Shown here: one piece after another, positions 62,148-64,000 of the stretch
Position numbering within the stretch: position 1 is the stretch's first letter
Layout: every line of letters begins with the position of its first letter
Assembly: GCA_030704615.1 (NCBI GenBank)
Contig: CM060733.1
Coordinates: 68,634,001 to 68,698,000 of the forward strand
Direction: 5' to 3'
Source of the DNA: Takakia lepidozioides
Taxonomy: Eukaryota > Plantae > Bryophyta
DNA: 64,000 nt
Position numbers and translations under genes: made by a program
The notes under the pieces: generated by a model
What the model was told of the DNA's origin: nothing
The model's input: the letters and a program-made list of their open reading frames with translations, nothing else
Database searches by the model: none

Positions 62148-63970
62148 GTGCGTGTTTGTCGCAACTTGCTTATTTTGTATGTGGCCTGTTATGAGTTACT
62201 TGTTGGATGCTTAATTTGGTTCAATCTTTTCAGACTACAATCTGACTGAATTGAAAGGACCATACTTAGAGTTAGTGTGAATCTGCTCCAGAAGAATTTG
62301 ATTGCATTCTGAAAGCTGTGGGTGAATTGTAGCAAGTGCTGCAGGTCAAATTGTCATGGCTGCTTGCTCCAATGCTATGGCGCAAGTTGTGGGCCAGGCT
62401 CGTGGAATTATATGATGTAGTCTTTGAAGGATGAATTGACTCCTCTTTGAACTATTTATTTTTGTGGATATCCAGCACTGTAGTCTAACATTCTTCTATC
62501 AACATTGAGAACTGTCTTATATCTTAAAGTTGTTCTCGTCAGCCTGCAACATAAGAATATTCAGTCTCTCATTATGCTCTGGGCTATTCTGCCCTTCTAA
62601 CATGTGCATGTCTTGTCAAGATGGTCTTGTCTCCTTTGGCCTGTTACTTTACTTGCACATCATGAGTCTTCTGATTGACTCCTTGCTGTAGATGCTGTCA
62701 GTTATCCAGACCTGTCATACTGGTATTTTTAGCTTAACTTTTCAGTTTGGCAGTTCTGTTTCTCATTTTCCTTTGCTTCTGTACAGTACATCCAAGCATT
62801 CAACTTTGGGAGCAAATCTTGTCAGGTAGTTATAGTGACCAGCTTGTGGCCTGCCTTTCCTGCAGGGTTGATTTCCTTAAACTTGCTGGTGAATATTTAT
62901 CGTTCTTCATGAGCTGAGGATAGAATTGTAGCCACCTTATTCTCCAGTATGCGCTGAGACTTGGATTAGGCTGAGTCTCTTTGCAATGGATACTTTCTGG
63001 AAATGTGGTGGCAGGATATTGGGAATGTGGACCCTTTCCAGTATAGTGGGTTTTGATGGATTAGCCGGGTTTATTTTTTGGATGCTTCTACCAAATTCAC
63101 AAATGGTTCTGAACTTTCCATCATGACATATACAATAGTTTTAGATAGAGTACTGCCCCAGCATCCTCTGTAATAATTGAGCCTTGCAGGAAGGAAGGAG
63201 GATCTGTGTGGTGTGATTTAGAATTACAATGGCCTGTAGTTAAAAAAGATAGCAGTAGCTCTCTTTGATCAAAGGCGGAACCGAGAGGCTTTGGTCTGAT
63301 TTAGTAGAGATTTTTGAAAATTTCTCGTTAAACCTCCTAATGTATAAAATCTCTATCTTTTCGTTTTTTCTTATCTTTGATATGCTTCTCTGCTCAGTGA
63401 GATTGTATATCACTTTTTTGCTGGATGTATTCTGAGCATAAGAGAAAGAAGAACTCCTTACAGGTTTGGCTGACTCCGTTGTATAGCCTAGACCCAATGG
63501 TGAGAGTCATTTGGCAGCAACAGCTACTTATCTTATGCAAAAGAGGGTGGGTGTTTCCTTTCCGAATACTTTGGTGGTAAACTAATGTGCCTTCTTTTAA
63601 GCAGGCCTTAACATGGGAATTGGCCGGAGTCTTTCTTCCCAAGACCTGGGCTATCAGGTGCCAAAGTGATGATTTCCATGGGCGGTGTAGTCAGGTAGTT
63701 TGCAACATTTTGCAAATTCCTTAACCCTACTGAAAGAAGGAACCAAACGATGATCGGAAGCAGGTGTGTATGCCACAGCAATGCCCGACCAGTGAGCAGC
63801 GGCATGGAAGTGTGAGGAATAATTAACAGAACGAGTGCCATTCCCAAACCCCATTCTGAGCTTTTTCCACTTTCCACCCTCTCCTCTTTCTAACTCTCCC
63901 CTCTCTCCCAACATACTTTCAATAGCTGGGTAGGACACTGATTCCTTCGTACTTGCTGCTTGGCTCCCAG

Positions 63971-64000
63971 GTGTGTACGAATCCTTTGACACACTCTGCA
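63971..64000 (+). CDS. MATH/TRAF-like protein, exon 3 (runs off the window)
   Basis: CAG|GT GTG TAC GAA TCC TTT GAC ACA CTC TGC gives GVYESFDTLC, in phase with exon 2. Confidence 0.85.
   Translation, partial: MCTNPLTHSA

Noticed and set aside
59788-63970. Short ORFs between the MATH exons
   Set aside because: They lie in introns defined by phase-consistent GT-AG junctions and show no recognisable motifs.

Overview
Eukaryotic, transposon-dense window from a land plant, probably a bryophyte or other non-seed plant (inferred from GT-AG introns, an Lhcb4 retrocopy, a plant MATH/TRAF gene and the TE types). About 57 kb is nested or degenerate TEs: two copies of a MULE transposase (GCM-like domain, DDE core, SWIM finger) plus a fragment of a related family; two CACTA/En-Spm transposase remnants; a Ty3/gypsy retroelement between two identical 354-bp LTR-like repeats; and a broken, partly inverted second gypsy copy. 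One host gene (multi-MATH TRAF-like) starts near 58.5 kb. The most notable signal is three different methyltransferase folds in or beside three TE classes. (1) An intron-containing ParB/Srx-like + beta-class N4/N6 DNA methyltransferase gene lies between helically phased ATGCGG palindrome arrays next to the MULE transposase. (2) A C5 cytosine methyltransferase sits in frame between protease and RT in the gypsy polyprotein, which ends in a PHD finger. (3) A SET-like domain lies head-to-head with a CACTA transposase. The LTR-like repeats show a Tf1-like self-priming signature and a covarying triple hairpin. All these TE genes are disrupted in this window, and the domain calls come from motif recognition by eye, not database searches.
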